Assembly (NCBI GenBank): GCA_977016875.1
Contig: CDRNST010000104.1
Coordinates: 3,286,001-3,350,000 of the forward strand
Direction: 5' to 3'
Origin: Pavona decussata
Taxonomy: Eukaryota
DNA: 64,000 nucleotides
Shown piece after piece: positions 1 through 14,103 of this stretch (the stretch's first letter is position 1; each line of letters begins with the position of its first letter). A program made the translations under genes and the position numbers. The notes below the pieces were generated by a model. The model saw nothing but the letters and a program-made list of their open reading frames with translations, was not told the origin of the DNA and did not search any database.

Positions 1-627
1 AAACTATATCGAACTGGTAAGGGGAAGCTAGATCCAAATTAAGACAATTGAGAAATTTGAATAAAAAACCTTGCTCCTGGTTTTGCTTGTCTACAATAAT
101 ATGCTAATGTACTTTAATTTTTTATTTGTGAGTTCAGCGGTTCAAACATTGCTCAAAATGAAAAAGAAACAATGTCTATACGTTTCAATTTTCATTGATT
201 AACGCGTCTTTTATTTCACAGCATTGGTTGTCTAATTTGATGACTTAGATTTTTATCCTGAAAGACATAACTCGAACGTAGAATGGGTTGTTGGTCATGT
301 TAATTATAGCTTGGGAGGAAACGTCACACCAGTCTAATTCTAGAACAGAACCAGACATACGGCTCAAGTTGTGGCAAAATGAACCTAATAAACAAGGAGA
401 GAAACATAGAAAGAAGCATTTGAAAAAAACGCCCCAGATATTGAAGTTAACTAAGATGTGTTGGACGGTTGTTCACCTGCAATGGCTCTATCCATCCCAA
501 AACATTTTCAGTTGTGCCCGTCGGTAACATGTTTATAATTTGACAAATTTACGACGTACTGCGTGATTTTAGTAAGCTGAGCTCTCCGTTACAATTTATC
601 TTTATTACTCTCTCTCTTAAGGTAAAA
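1..627 (+). repeat. Near-identical direct duplicate of 9473-10099 (probably extends past the left edge)
   Basis: Colinear at constant offset 9472 (ORF 288-527 = ORF 9760-9999 with 2 aa changes). Identity ends after ...CTTAAGGTAAAA. Confidence 0.92.
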
Positions 628-1010
628 TATATTGACTCAATTCCGAGTGCTTCGGTACGGCGTTAGCAGTGAACTGCCAGTTTTTTAGGGCAAAGTTTTT
701 TAGAAGCGCAATGATTTCCTTTTGATCTGGCACTCTCACGTCTGCTTTGCTACTCGTTCACAACATCACGAATTTCACACGAGATGAGTGTTCCAATGAA
801 ACCACATTGTCGATATTGAGAATTGCGTTCTCGTTCTCGGAGACCCGGCTGCAAAATTGAGATCCTTCCGATTTGCTTGCACTGCTTCTTTTTTTCCTGG
901 CCGGACTGTGTCCAGTTTTCGACATTTTTTATGTCCAGTAGTTTTGTGGCGTTGACACTGCAGTCGGCAAGATTCGCTTGACCCTTGGGACAACATTTGT
1001 GACCGCGACC
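620..1010 (-). pseudogene. Decayed fragment of a DNA-transposon-associated ORF
   Basis: Broken frames read SSESCRL..RPGKKE and SRVKFVML*TSSKADVRVPDQKEIIALLKNFALKNWQFTANAVPKHSELSQYIL. From memory these resemble N-terminal regions of large cnidarian transposon proteins. Stops and frameshifts are present. Confidence 0.4.
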
Positions 1011-1633
1011 CTTTGATCAATCGGCTTTTAGTGTGCTCACAATCAAGTTAAATCCTTCACTAAATTTTCTGATTTTTGTGGCACTCGGTAGGCATACTCG
1101 ATCAGAGAAACTATAGTTTTTGTCAGTCAGGATTCCCGTCTTTCGAAGTGTATCTGATAACATTGTACCTTTCACATGTTTGTTTACATTTGCTATCGTT
1201 TCCGGTTTGCGCTGATTGGCCAAATTCTGACAGCTAGGACAGCAGGGAGCCGCGGGGAGTATTGGGGGTGGCATTCAAATTCTTGAGACATCGTTGCAAG
1301 CTCTCTCCTCTTTCCCCCTCCCGCCCCCACCCCCAAGAGAGCTTGCTCGCAGGCTATAAATCAGTCAATGATGGCGCACTTAGGGACTTACTGCAAAAAT
1401 GCGGTAATTATTTATTCTATATATTCTTATTAGCCAAGCACGAGGGGTGTACTGGAATAAGATCGACCCTAGCTCTTGACAAAATGCTTAGGGCGTAACG
1501 TGATCTATACACTCAGAAAAGAACTGTGGTCGATATCCTCCCAGTACGGTCTTGAGTAACCTTAGTTACCAAGAGATTTAATACACGACTTTATTATCGA
1601 ATTAGAGCTTTGGGCATTTTTTAGATACTTTAC

Positions 1634-4600
1634 CTGGTCCGATACTTAAAATCTATATTTGCGTGACAATAAAGTGTGCTTAGTGGCTGATTTCAGTTAT
1701 TGCCCCTATCGGCTGTCTTGGTCCGTAGTAATTAAACTTACCGTCTTTACGTGTTTCCTTATGTTCTTTACTCGACTTCTTTTTCCTCCACTTCACCTTC
1801 TTCACCTTCTCACGTTCGCTGTCACCGGAACTAGCCTCCTCAGCACTATCTGTGTCTAATTTATTTTTGTTCAAACATCGGAGAGTAAGAATAATAATAG
1901 TAATAATTAGTTCTGATCCCGAAAACAATCTTCATCTTTCTCTTACAGTGTAATGCGCCTTACAGTGACCACCCAACAAACATTTTTTTACAAGTTAGCC
2001 AATCAGGATATCGTCCTCCTTGTTCATAAAATACAAAACGACATGTTTTCAATAAATCATCGTTGTTGTGTCACTTGCCTGTTGGACTTTGCAATTGCAA
2101 GGAGGCGTGACCGTTAATCAAATTCGAGTATCCTGATAGGCTAACTTGTAAATAAAGTTTTTTTCGTGGCCCCTGTATATGCATGTAAGGCGCTACGCCT
2201 TGACAGATCAAAACTAAATCACTCCAGTTGTGAAATTAATGGGTTTAATTTTTTGCAATGGTGCTAAGCCACAGCATGACACGACAGCAGACTAACTGAC
2301 ACTGAAAGAGTTACAAGGAGAGCCTTTCATCCACCGAGCTCCCTCGTGAAACAAATGCTAGTTAACCCTTTAAATCCTAGGTGTGTGGTATTTTTTTCAA
2401 TGACTTTTTGGCAATAAATAGTCTGAGCCACTTAATTTCTCCATAAATGGAGATGAAATAAAAATATCTGCGGTCTTAAGAAACTGTGGGCTCAGGCTAA
2501 ATTGTCACGTGATGCAAGTGACGGTTGTTGTTTGTTTCGAGCGAGTGCACGAGCACGAATCTGGTAAAATCATCGCTTTATAAGTGTTTTTCGAGCCATT
2601 TTCCTCTGCAGAAACCCCCATTCTGGCATCATCAAGCTGGAATGTGGGTAGAGGCAATCCTCTGAAAGAAAACAGAGGTGAGAGGTGATTTCATGCTGAC
2701 TGAGTCGCCAAACATGCTGTGTAGCAGACATGGAGGCCCACGAGTGAAGTTGCCTCTCTGGCCGTTTTGTGGATGGATTCCAGGACCTGCCAAGGCTATT
2801 TGGGCGAGTTTGGAGTAGTAAAATATTCAATGGATTCGAAATTTTGCTGGTGGTACTGGGTGGCTCGACACTTATAAAAAAACTATGAAATGGAAAGAGC
2901 AGGAGTTCTACGCTCGCGCTATGGCTGAATTACCCAGAATTCTCTTCGGGCGTAAACGAGGCAACGTGAGATACGCAAGACTGGGTCTGATAAAATGGCT
3001 GAAGTATAGCCCTCGGAAAGCGTTGAGAGGAAAACTTCCAGTCAGATACCAAGGTCTGACCTTGAGGTTTGCTGTAAATATAGACTTTTCAATTTTGAAC
3101 AAATTATTTGGATTAAAATTGACGATAAATAAGTGTAATTTTTGATGTTATTATTTGGCCGAACAATTGGCATTTAGGACTTTGTTGCCAAACGAACGGT
3201 GATATGCAGCGAAAATCGGGAGGCGTAGTCGATTTGCTGGGTTTGATGATGGAAATATACATCAGCTGGTGTCATTCACACATTATCATGACGTTGTAGC
3301 TTAAGTTAAACAAGAAGCAATTCATAGAAGCCAGAACGGTGTTTTCGACGCATATATGCGTTGTTAGTATGCGAAGGGTTAATGAAATTTTCTTTTTCCA
3401 TTGTATTTCACATTTCGATATCGTAGACTCCGAAAACTGGTGGTAGCTTTTAGTATTAGTAACACTAGAAAGTTTTGTGTTAGTCTAAGCAAAGAATAAG
3501 GACTTAGTTTGAGAAAGCAGTTGGTACAAGCCTTCAAGAGCTCCATTTCAAAACAAAGCCCAAAGTGCAAGTCAGGGGGGTGGTCAGTTTTGAAATTAAC
3601 CTTTCAGGGCAAACTCTTTTTCGCTTAACAAACACACCACCGTATGCCTAGTTACTCTAGGGTGTTGCAGTGTGATGAGAAGGTTTCTCACGTGACTAGT
3701 CGACACCCAAACCCCGACTCTGACCCAAAACTAACCCTAACTCAAAGAACTGACCCAAAGGCCAAAGCAATGACACTAATTCTGCAATACCAAAAATAAC
3801 CCTGAGTTGGAGTGAAGGTTAGCAATTGCTGTTTCTTGAAGGTGTCAAATGTCCAGGTCACGTGATTTGAATTGTTCCCTTAATGCTACACCGTGCTTGG
3901 TTGTCGGTTTTAACATAATTAGGTTGCAATTGGCCAATTTCTGAGAAAATTTAATTACTTTGCGGAAAATAGCTTTAAAAAAAATACTTGTCCTAGTAGC
4001 TTCTAGTGTAACCAATATCTTTCCGGTTTGCACGATTTGTAGCTATCTGTGAAAATCGGCAAAAACGTCACATACGCTTGGGTGAGGCAGGCCGATTTTC
4101 CAAAAATCGGGCTCAACAATATTAACTAATATAAAGATCACGGCGATAACAGTCAATCCTTCAGAGACGGAACAGAATGATCAAACAGGATCAAATTAGG
4201 CTATGAAATTAGAAAAAGCACGGGATTGCTTCAAGCCGCGCTCTTTCTTTGTCGTCCATGGACGTAGACAATCCTAGCAATTCCCCGCTTTACTCGGCAA
4301 CAGCGTCATAATTTGCAATATTTTTTTTTTATCCTCGGGTGCTAAGTCGCGACCAAATTCACAGTAATAGAGAGTTACTAAATGAAACCGAAACGAACAC
4401 TTCGCAGAGATTGCAATCACTATTTCTTATTTTCTCTCAAGCTTGAGGAGTCAAAGCCGTCTTACGAGAAGTAGACGTCAGGTCAAGAGAAAGATGTTGA
4501 TCAGCTTGCGGGTCATAATTTGCAATAATTGAATAATTCGAATTGCGAAGCTTTCACCGTAAAATTCTCTTGTAGGTCAACATTCCAGGAACTGTGGCTT

Positions 4601-4938
4601 GTTGCCACACTTTCTGGTTACAACGTCTCTCGCTTCCTTTAGACTCTTTAACTTTCTTTCTGGTCCTAGGAATACTTCAATATTCAAACCAAACAACTAC
4701 GTGTTCGACATTTCAACAGCTGACAGCAGATTACAATAAGAAAAGGACATTTCTTATGAAGATATCTGAGAAGACCTTGAGATAGCGGCGACTGGTACTT
4801 TGATCGCTATGGAATTGTTTCTGTTTCAAAAATAAAGTACTAAGCTATATAAGCTTATATAAAGGCCATTACACGAAGATTTTACATTAACTTACCGTAT
4901 TTTCTCTTTCGTCCCTTTGATTTCGAGTCTTCTTCCAT
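1634..4938 (-). CDS. 5' part of a spliced gene for a Lys/Glu/Ser-rich, probably nuclear protein; exons 4938-4896, 1855-1742, possibly 1652-1634; may continue off the left edge
   Basis: Exon 1 reads MEEDSKSKGRKRKY and ends G|gtaagt. A 114-bp phase-1 exon (D)TDSAEEASSGDSEREKVKKVKWRKKKSSKEHKETRKD also ends G|gtaagt. Phases are compatible and NLS-like basic tracts are present. Confidence 0.5.
1955..2193. mobile_element. MITE-like foldback element
   Basis: GCGCCTTACA..TTTACAAGTTAGCCAATCAGGATA pairs with TATCCTGATAGGCTAACTTGTAAA..TGTAAGGCGC. Confidence 0.65.
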
Positions 4939-5844
4939 CGGGAAAACGTAAAAATAAAATAAGCTAAAAAGCGCCGGTAAGAGAAGCCTAACAGGACCAA
5001 CAGACTGAAAGTAGTCACAAATCTCCTGGGAGCCTGAAGTGTTGTGCAGAACACAATAGATAGCTATAAATGGTGACCTTTGAAACTACAACAAAAGGCC
5101 GCGTGAGGTTTTTTCATAAGTACAAATGTAACTGAGCTGGCTAATAAAGCTTAATAAGTTGCATGTTATCTGTAACTGTTTCTTAATTAAGTTAATAACT
5201 TTCTAACTTTAATACGAAATCAACCGGTTCCGATTCATCAAGAAATAATTTCTAGTACACCAAATGCTGTAAAAGATTCGCGCTCGGATTTCTATTTCTA
5301 GATCACAAGCTATCACAGCCTCTCGCGCTCTGATAGTCTCGAGTTTTAGTCTCGGGCTCGGATTTGAAAAAAAATTGTTAAGTCTCAGTCTCGGATTTTA
5401 AATGAAGGTCTCGGCGTCTCGGCGAGTCTCGGATTTTACCATTCTATACCCCTTCTTCTCTTCCTTTTTCTATTATTCTCATTGGCTGTCGAAAGACTTC
5501 TTGCAATATCATTCTTGGTGTTCCATAGGCAGGAACACATAATGGAACATGAGCATGAAGTTTCAACAAACCTGGAATCAAGTGAATTGTGTGTGTCTCA
5601 CTCCATGTTCCTTGCCCAGTGGCGCGCTGTGATTTGATTGCATTAGTTTCTTCGGATGTGTTTTGGAGTTATAAATGCTAGATGAAATACAGATGACTGA
5701 ATGGCTGGATGGCCTAAAGACACGCACGATGAAGGGATACACGGGTGCTGTTTTGTTAATAGTGGCTTGTGCCTGATACACAATGCACTTTGTATCACCA
5801 TGGTCCTACCCTGGTCAGAAAACACGTTGTAACGCCATATACCT

Positions 5845-6376
5845 GCTGTAATTATTCGAATAACAGCCGGGGCGATTTTTTTTCGCACTTAAAGTGGGCG
5901 ATAATTCAAGAGGGGTTTGGGGTGGGGGGGGGGGGGGGGGAAGGGGGATGGCGGGAGGGGGCGATTAATCGAGGGCGGCAATTATTTTAAACGTTGTTTG
6001 TGGAAAGTCGGGCCCACATATTTTGTTTTATTGTTCCATTTGATCATGCATTAAATAATCACACCAAGTAAACAATGCCCTAAAAAGTGTTCTCAATTTG
6101 GTTTTATGAACTAACAACATCAATGTCATCAGAGCCAGAGCCGGAGTCCTCGATCAGCCTTGCTTGCTATCCAAGACGTAATTTTGAACTTGACACAGAG
6201 CGGGTGAAAAAAGAAAGGTAGAGGGGTTTGAGCATTTTAAGAAAGGGAGGAGGAGCGAATGTTAGGGATTATTTGAGGGGGGCGATTGTTTCAAATATTT
6301 CCACCGAAAGGGGGACGGTCCCGTTCGAGAGGCGCGGTGAATCGAAGGACGGATATTATTCGAATAAATGCGGTAC
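5845..6376. mobile_element. Degenerate Tc1/pogo-type MITE
   Basis: Left end CTGTAATTATTCGAATAA and right end TTATTCGAATAAATGCGGTA. Internal GGGGGCGATT repeats. Confidence 0.5.
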
Positions 6377-6824
6377 TCTTAAGAGGTAAGTTTTCATAAA
6401 AATTCAAATTAAAAATTGGATGACGCTTTTGACATTGAAGTTACTCCCCAGATAACATTACTATTCTAGCAAATTTTTCGATCGTATGTTTTGTCTACTT
6501 ATCGGTAATATGTAGTGCCATTCTATTAATTGAGATTAAAACTGCGCATCATTTAAGGGACTGAAAATCATTGCCGCAGAGTATGAAAATAAATATATAT
6601 TGCTTAAAAATACGACTACTATTCGTAATTGACTTAGTAGGTTGTGAAAAGTAAAAATAAACCTGTGTGTCATGTCTCATGTGTATTGAACTGTCAACTC
6701 CCTGCTGTTAAACAGTCAATGCCACCAGGTTCTATTATGAGGTAATGTAACATTTCTTCCACTTTTTAAATTGGCTTTAAGTGATTTGTACCGCCCCATT
6801 TTGACACGAAAATTTTGGCACAAA

Positions 6825-7952
6825 ATGACAGTGTTCTCTTTATGGATATTCCTTTTGCTGAATGCAGTTTTGGTAACTGACAAAGCGTTTGCCCCCAACC
6901 CTAATCACGGAAATAACAATCCATTGGCTCCATCTGGTAGAAACAGGAATGTTGGAGTGTTTAGTGTACAAGTGGGTACTCCATTGTCACAAAACGTAGC
7001 TTCTGAAAATTTTAAGTCACCTCCAGCTCCAACTAATGGACAGAACGAAGGCATACAGCAAAAGCAATATTCGCTTCAAAAGAAACCCTCGAAATTAAAT
7101 AAGGAACTTGAAATTGCCGCACAGGGTGGCATTTCAACGCAGCAGAGGTTACAGGGTGGTAAAACAACTCAGAAGGTAATACAGGGAACACTGCAAGTTG
7201 AGCAACCTATACTGGACAGCCAACAGCTTCAGAATTCACCGCAGGAAAACGCGTCATCTCAGCAGTCAGTACGGGATCAACAGCTACCTGGACAGCTAAC
7301 GCAGAACAACCAACGACCTACACAAGCATTTCAGGTTAGTCAGTCATCTCAGATCGATCAACAGGCCACTAAGAGCGAGGACCAAAACAACAAGAGCAAC
7401 GATTGCGGAGGCAGTTGCGGATGTTGTTGTGGAAAAACTAACAATAACAACAATAGTGGCAATGGCAACAAGAATAACAACTGCCGTGGTTGCTGCTGCT
7501 GCTGCTGCTGCCAACCATGCTGTTGTTGCCAGCCTTGCTGCGGTTGTCAGCTATGTTGTTGTCAACCATGTTGCTGCCAACAGTGTTCTCATAACCATCA
7601 GCACGTGCACGACCTCTGCGTGCATCACGTTCATCACATCATGCATCATCACAAATGTCCCAATGCGTGTGCACAACCGTCCTGCTGCGAATGTGCTCAA
7701 CCATCCTTCTGTGGCTGCGGATGTGAATTCGTGGATCCTTTCAGCTGCGGATGCGTTGGACCTTGTGGCTGTGGAATTGGCAGTGGATGTGGGTGTGGGT
7801 CTGAGTTCGGATGCCAGTGTGGTTTCCCCTACCCGTGTGGGTACACCAATGAGTTTAGCAATTTCGACTGTGACATCTTTGCAACTGAAAATGAAGGTAG
7901 TTATACATACTTTAAGAATAAAGTCAAACCAATACTAAAAAGGACGCCTTAG
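6825..7952 (+). CDS. Gene A: secreted Gln/Asn-rich, Cys/His-rich protein (375 aa, single coding exon)
   Basis: The first ATG is at 6825 (the track starts at a TTG). Hydrophobic signal peptide MTVFSLWIFLLLNAVLVTDKAFA, then a Q-rich region, poly-Asn, CCCQP repeats, a His tract HNHQHVHDLCVHHVHHIMHHH and a GCGC-rich tail. AATAAA at 7988. Confidence 0.88.
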   Translation: MTVFSLWIFLLLNAVLVTDKAFAPNPNHGNNNPLAPSGRNRNVGVFSVQVGTPLSQNVASENFKSPPAPTNGQNEGIQQKQYSLQKKPSKLNKELEIAAQGGISTQQRLQGGKTTQKVIQGTLQVEQPILDSQQLQNSPQENASSQQSVRDQQLPGQLTQNNQRPTQAFQVSQSSQIDQQATKSEDQNNKSNDCGGSCGCCCGKTNNNNNSGNGNKNNNCRGCCCCCCCQPCCCCQPCCGCQLCCCQPCCCQQCSHNHQHVHDLCVHHVHHIMHHHKCPNACAQPSCCECAQPSFCGCGCEFVDPFSCGCVGPCGCGIGSGCGCGSEFGCQCGFPYPCGYTNEFSNFDCDIFATENEGSYTYFKNKVKPILKRTP

Positions 7953-9472
7953 CTAATTCCTAACGGATACTTATTACGGGTGAAAGCAATAAAGAAACTG
8001 AGATTGTCAGAAGATAGACGTGTTTCCTTGCTTAGAAAAATAGAGGTGACTAGCTTATGCCTAAAAAAAAAAAATCAAGTTTACATTGGATAAAGTGACC
8101 ATTTTCTGTAATTTGACATACGTCGCTTGGAGACCGCAAAGGGTACGTAATCAAGTGAATTTTCAAAGGAAGCACGAGCCACAATCACACAACCCGTTTC
8201 GCCAATTATATCTGATCCAGATACATTACAGTGCATTGATCTTAACTATTTCAAAATTATTGAATCTTATTGGATACCGCCAGCTATAATCTGATCACTA
8301 ATAGGACAGTCTACACAGCATGTCGAGGTAACCAGACAGTACGCGCCATCTCTTACGCTGTAATAGGACAGTTGCACCTATACACATCTTTTGACTGTAG
8401 TTGATACTCGAATTTTATGTACAGGATGCATGGTATGGTAACCATGGAAATTTAATACTGTTTAGCAATAGATTGTTTTTAGGCCACTTATCATTCAGCA
8501 TTTCAAAGGCAAACAACACCAGACTGCATTCTCTACTCGCTCGCAGGTTGGTTCTTTGTAATAGTCAAACAATATCAAACGGAAACTTCCAAAAGCTCCC
8601 TTAATAGACCAATTATCCGTTCACTTTCATAGAATCGAGTAAGGAAAAAAGTAAAGGCAAAACGGAAAAGAGAGAAGAACGTCGTCAGCTTATCCCTCAA
8701 CCGGGTTATCTGTTTCCAGCCTTTCGACACGTCGGAATTTTCCAGTTCTTAAAAAGGTGAGTTTGTTTGAAACTTTGTTTCTACGATTTAACATTTGCTT
8801 GATAATGCATTCTAGGTGTGAACTGACCTCAAACTATCTATGTTTCAATTAATTAAAGGCCCGGCCATCGGTAAAAATTCCTCCCAAATAGATGTGTCAC
8901 TACTTTCTATCTATTAGCAAACAGAGCTTACCAAAATCCAACACTATCTGAATTTAGGATAACAAACAAGGAACATAAACACAGTTTTAACTTTGGACGC
9001 TCTGCAGGTGAAGCAGTTGTTCTGATAAAAGAATACCTGATGCATTAATACCAAAATGAGACACGAGGAGCAATATCCGTTATTGACTCTTAATTTATTT
9101 TGAATCCACAGGACTAAGGTTCCGTATTCAAAGCGTATCAAGGAGCACATGGCACGGTTACATCGTTCTCATTTTGATACTAGTAGTGGCGAGATGAGGC
9201 TCAAGAAGTTGTCGAAAATCCGTTAGGAAGAATTAAATCCTATCTTGCCTGGGCTGTTTTTAGGTGGTGAACCTACCTCTTCTTACTCCCAGCCCGGCCT
9301 CCAACGCAACTTCAAGACAATAAAAGGTGTACCAGTAAACCTTGGAGAGTAGATTAAGTACGTCCAGAACTGTTTCCTTTGAGATTCGCAAAATTTCATG
9401 GCAATTTCATTTGTTTTGATCATCCCGATCCGCCATTTTTCTCCATTAAAAAGGATAAAACTATATCGGTTA

Positions 9473-10099
9473 AAACTATATCGAACTGGTAAGGGGAAGC
9501 TAGATCCAAATTAAGACAATTGAGAAATTTGAATAAAAAACCTTGCTCCTGTTTTTGCTTGTCTACAATAATATGCTAATGTACTTTAATTTTTTATTTG
9601 TGAGTTCAGCGGTTCAAACATTGCTCAAAATGAAAAAGAAACAATGTCTATACGTTTCAATTTTCATTGATTAACGCGTCTTTTATTTCACAGCATTGGT
9701 TGTCTAATTTGATGACTTAGATTTTTATCCTGAAAGACATAACTCGAACGTAGAATGGGTTGTTGGTCATGTTAATTATAGCTTGGGAGGAAACGTCACA
9801 CCCGTCTAATTCTAGAACAGAACCAGACATACGGCTCAAGTTGTGGCAAAATGAACCTAATAAACAAGGAGAGAAACATAGAATGAAGCATTTGAAAAAA
9901 ACGCCCCAGATATTGAAGTTAACTAAGATGTGTTGGACGGTTGTTCACCTGCAATGGCTCTATCCATCCCAAAACATTTTCAGTTGTGCCCGTCGGTAAC
10001 ATGTTTATAATTTGACAAATTTACGACGTACTGCGTGATTTTAGTAAGCTGAGCTCTCCGTTACAATTTATCTTTATTACTCTCTCTCTTAAGGTAAAA
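9473..10099 (+). repeat. Second copy of the 1-627 segment
   Basis: Direct repeat at offset 9472. Confidence 0.92.
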
Positions 10100-10877
10100 C
10101 TGGAATTCACCTAGAGATGTTATTATCAGAGCAAAAATTTCTTCGTTTACCAGTGCCATAACTTTATTACTTCCCACTCGGTTAATCTGCTTTTAGTTGC
10201 AGACTGGGAATCACGCGAAGGAAGAAAGAAATCGTACTTAAGACACTTCCCTCCCGGCCCCGTCGAAAAAAAAAACATTATTTTTTAGGTGACATAAAAA
10301 TTTTTGCTAATACTCCATTTAAAAGAAACTAATCAAAATATCGACCATTTTGCATCAATTAATTTGAAGAGGATTGTCGCATACAAACATCTAAGTCAAT
10401 TAAAGACAATTTAACGCTTGTTAAAACTTTGATTGTATTGACTCTACACTAAAATCCTTTGTATCGAACTGTATTGCCATAGCTTAATTAAGATTAATTC
10501 GATTGGACGGAAACAATTTCGAGCGTTTTGTATATAAACAATGTTCTCTTTTAATTTCCAATTTTTCCAACCAAAGAAAGAAACAAAAGAGAAAAACGAG
10601 AAGTGATTAAGCACGACAAACCGCCCACTGGTACCAGAAAGCATGTACCATGAAATTTGAAATAATCCAATGGCATTCTTTCTTATGACTTGTTTTGTGA
10701 AGCGTTGAAATGAAAGGGGAAGAGGCTGACATTGAATGAGGCTGTGATGTAAGATTTGTAATGTAATGTTTAGGGTGCTAAACGTCAGCGATAGATTGGG
10801 TGTAGAAAAATATTTCACATAGGATATTTCATCCAATCTCTAAGCTGAAAGAGAGCATGGAACTCATCTAGAAGGAA

Positions 10878-13800
10878 ATGAAATCCTACCTTCTCGTAAA
10901 TGCATTATTTTGTGTAGTTATAACATGTACTACCTTACGATCTGAAGGAATTCTTCACGAAAACAAGAAGCAAACCTTAAGTGACGTATTTAGGATAAAC
11001 ACGACAAAACCAAACCCTGGGAGTACAAATGGAAACGGAGATGAATTTTTGAGCAGGACATCAAGTAAGCCCAGTTCTGAAGTAAGCGTGTCAAGGTAGG
11101 ATTGACATTTCATTACACAACATGTTGATTACACAATATCCTGTAAAATTTTCCACATTCAAAGTGGTAATTCTCCTTCAAGTTTGCTTGTTTATCCTAT
11201 CATTTTCTATGCAAATACGTAGTTTAAACACGATACGCGTTACACCATGCACAAAAGTGTATGCGATAAACTAAGCATTTAACAAGACATGTGAAATTTC
11301 AAGAAATCAACGATCAATATAAGCCAAGTACACAAAGTCGCGGACCTGTGGGTAACGAAATGATTCTTAATATATACCCATTGGACGCCAAACCTGAAAG
11401 TTATGGTCTTAAACAGATACTTATATTATCCTGAAACGTAATCAAATATTGTCTTCTTTTTGCTTTTTTTTTGTCGACATCCATCATATCTGTAACTGAC
11501 AGTTGGCCATGTACGTTCTCAGAGATATCTCAGCTCATATTGCTGAGTGATTTACTGAGATTCCAAATTAAACATGGTGTAATGATGAACCAGTTTCCAA
11601 GAATAGTAGTAAGCCAAAAACTCAAAACAAAAACTCAAAAAAAACACTCTCATGTATGATTCAAGTGTAAGATTTGTTGACCTCTAAATGGGCTTTGCGC
11701 CTTTATTACCCCCGATTAAATGTTTGTTGTGAGATTGAAAGACGAAGAACCGTTCCCACTTTATGTATGGCAGTTCTTTTCTAATTTTGTTTGCAGACCA
11801 GAAGGCATCGTGTACACAGCAGCAAGCAAGAAGTTTGGTAAAGAAAAGAGCAGAAGATGTGGTATGTACGTTAATGAACATTTGGTTGGGTGAGTTTCAC
11901 TCACCAAACTAGAACTACAGTCGAACCTCCCGTTGAGGCGGCGACACGCCTGGCGATTTTATACGCCGATCGCAGCGATCGGCAAAAATCCCCAGGTGTG
12001 CCCGGTGCAGCGATTGCGATTTTCGCCGATCGCCGCGATCGGCGTATAAAATCGCCGATATCTGGCATGTCAGATATCGGCGATTAAATTCGCCCCTTCC
12101 CGCGATTTTCTACGCTCATCGCTGCGAATTGCCAGTAAAGTCAACTAATCAGGTTGGACGATTTTCTCACATGAATTTTCTAAACGACCCTCGATGGAGC
12201 CCGGGAACAAGGTTGAAGTGCCATCGGCGAAAAAAATCGCTAAATGTGTCTGCATCAATCGGTGGAGAAAATAGCTTGCGATTTTCCCTGGCGATCAAAT
12301 TCGCCGCTATCGGCGTAGAAAATCGCCAGGGGTGTCGCCGGCTTAAGCGACCCCCCAAAATGCCAAGATTTAGTGGTCGCTTAAGGGAGGTGGTCGCTTA
12401 CGAGAGTCGAACGAGAGAGGGACTCTTCCGTAAACGGGTCTGACATATCTACTTATTCGAAGATAATTTATTGCTTACATTTTCCTAGTTCCGATACGAG
12501 CAGTGCTATGTTGTCACTAAAGGTTCCTCGTAAACTCTGAGTAGCATAGTACATACAGAGGACATGGAGATCAGACCACGTGTCAAGTGGTCGCGTGCAG
12601 GAGGTTAAAAAAAATGGAAAGTTATTACGCCGTCGACATCTCAAAAACTAGTCGCGGTCGCTTATTGAGAGTTTCCAAATATAGGGCTTTGACTGGAAAA
12701 AATTGATATTTTGGATAGGTGGTCGCTCATGGGAGGTGGTCGCACAGGGAGGTTCGACTGTATGCTGCTCTTACAAACAATCACAATCTATAAACCTTAA
12801 GGCCATAGCGACTTGGCTTTATTTGACACAGCTTTCATTTGCAAAATGTGTCTATTTAACTTCAGTTCTTTCCAGAAAGCCTCTCTGGAAAGAACAATTA
12901 TTAACTGGATGGAAACAAATGTACATGATCGGCGGTTTCCATGCAACTGTTAAAACGTCTTCTTTTGCAGTTAAAAAATGCAAACGATTGTGGAATTATT
13001 TTCCTTTACAGGATGTCAAATTTGTCATCATACTCAGCCCTGTGTTGGTGGTTGTATGCCGCCTTGCGATTGCCACTGTTGTCACAAGGAATGTGATAAA
13101 GGTTTGTCAATTTCTATCCGCATGAGCATTATCTTAGGAAACGATTGATGACCGACTTTTATTTAGTTTTGCCAAGAGTATTAACGCCATGGCAATGAAA
13201 TTCGGAGGGCTTATAGCATTTCCAGGAATGTTTCTTTTGAGGTCCGCAACAAGTGGTTATGACGTAGCCTGACATGAAAATTGCGTAATGATACAGAAAT
13301 GGTGGCAATCTTGAATCCGCCATCTTGGATTTCTGGGTTTACTCAAGACTTCAGAAAGGCACAAAAATTAATCAAGTGATCAAAATCAATAGAAAAACCT
13401 GACTAAAATGTTACCGTAAGAGAGGTAATTTTTGTTCATTAAAAACAGGATAATTCCAATGTTTGAATTTTCCGTCTGTTAAAATTTGATTGTTATGGTG
13501 ACATCAAATTCAATAAACATTGACCGACCACACCAATTAGTTCTCAGATAAAAATTTCTGAAAAAGTCGCAAAGTTTGGCGTTATCTCATATTTTAAAAA
13601 AGATGGGGTTGACAAACTCTCAGTTGAAATGAAACGTGAAGTCACGCAATGCGTAGAAAATTCACGGTCTCCGGATTGGTGTTAATGACAATTTTGACGG
13701 AAAAGTTAACTTTCCGTGGTTAATTACACTAAGTTGGATACGGAATAGCCCCCCCGGGGGGGGACTCCCATATGGAACAGACGGGGATGCTCGTCGGAAT

Positions 13801-14069
13801 TTTTAAATTTAACCCCTAAAGGAGACCATCTGGGCGTGGCTCAAGCTTTTTTTGACCCCTAAACGAGACCAATCTGGGCGTGGCTTAAGCAAATTTTGAC
13901 CCCTAATGCGCTAAACAAAACAAGTTAAAAAGAAAATTTGACTTCTGTTTCTCTTCGCGGAATTCTGTGTTTCTTCACGGAACCCTAAACGAGACCTTGG
14001 CGGCTTAAAATATTGGCGCTTTGCCCGGAACACCCTAAGCGAGACCAAAATCCAAAATTTACACCCCTA

Positions 14070-14103
<34 letters not shown>

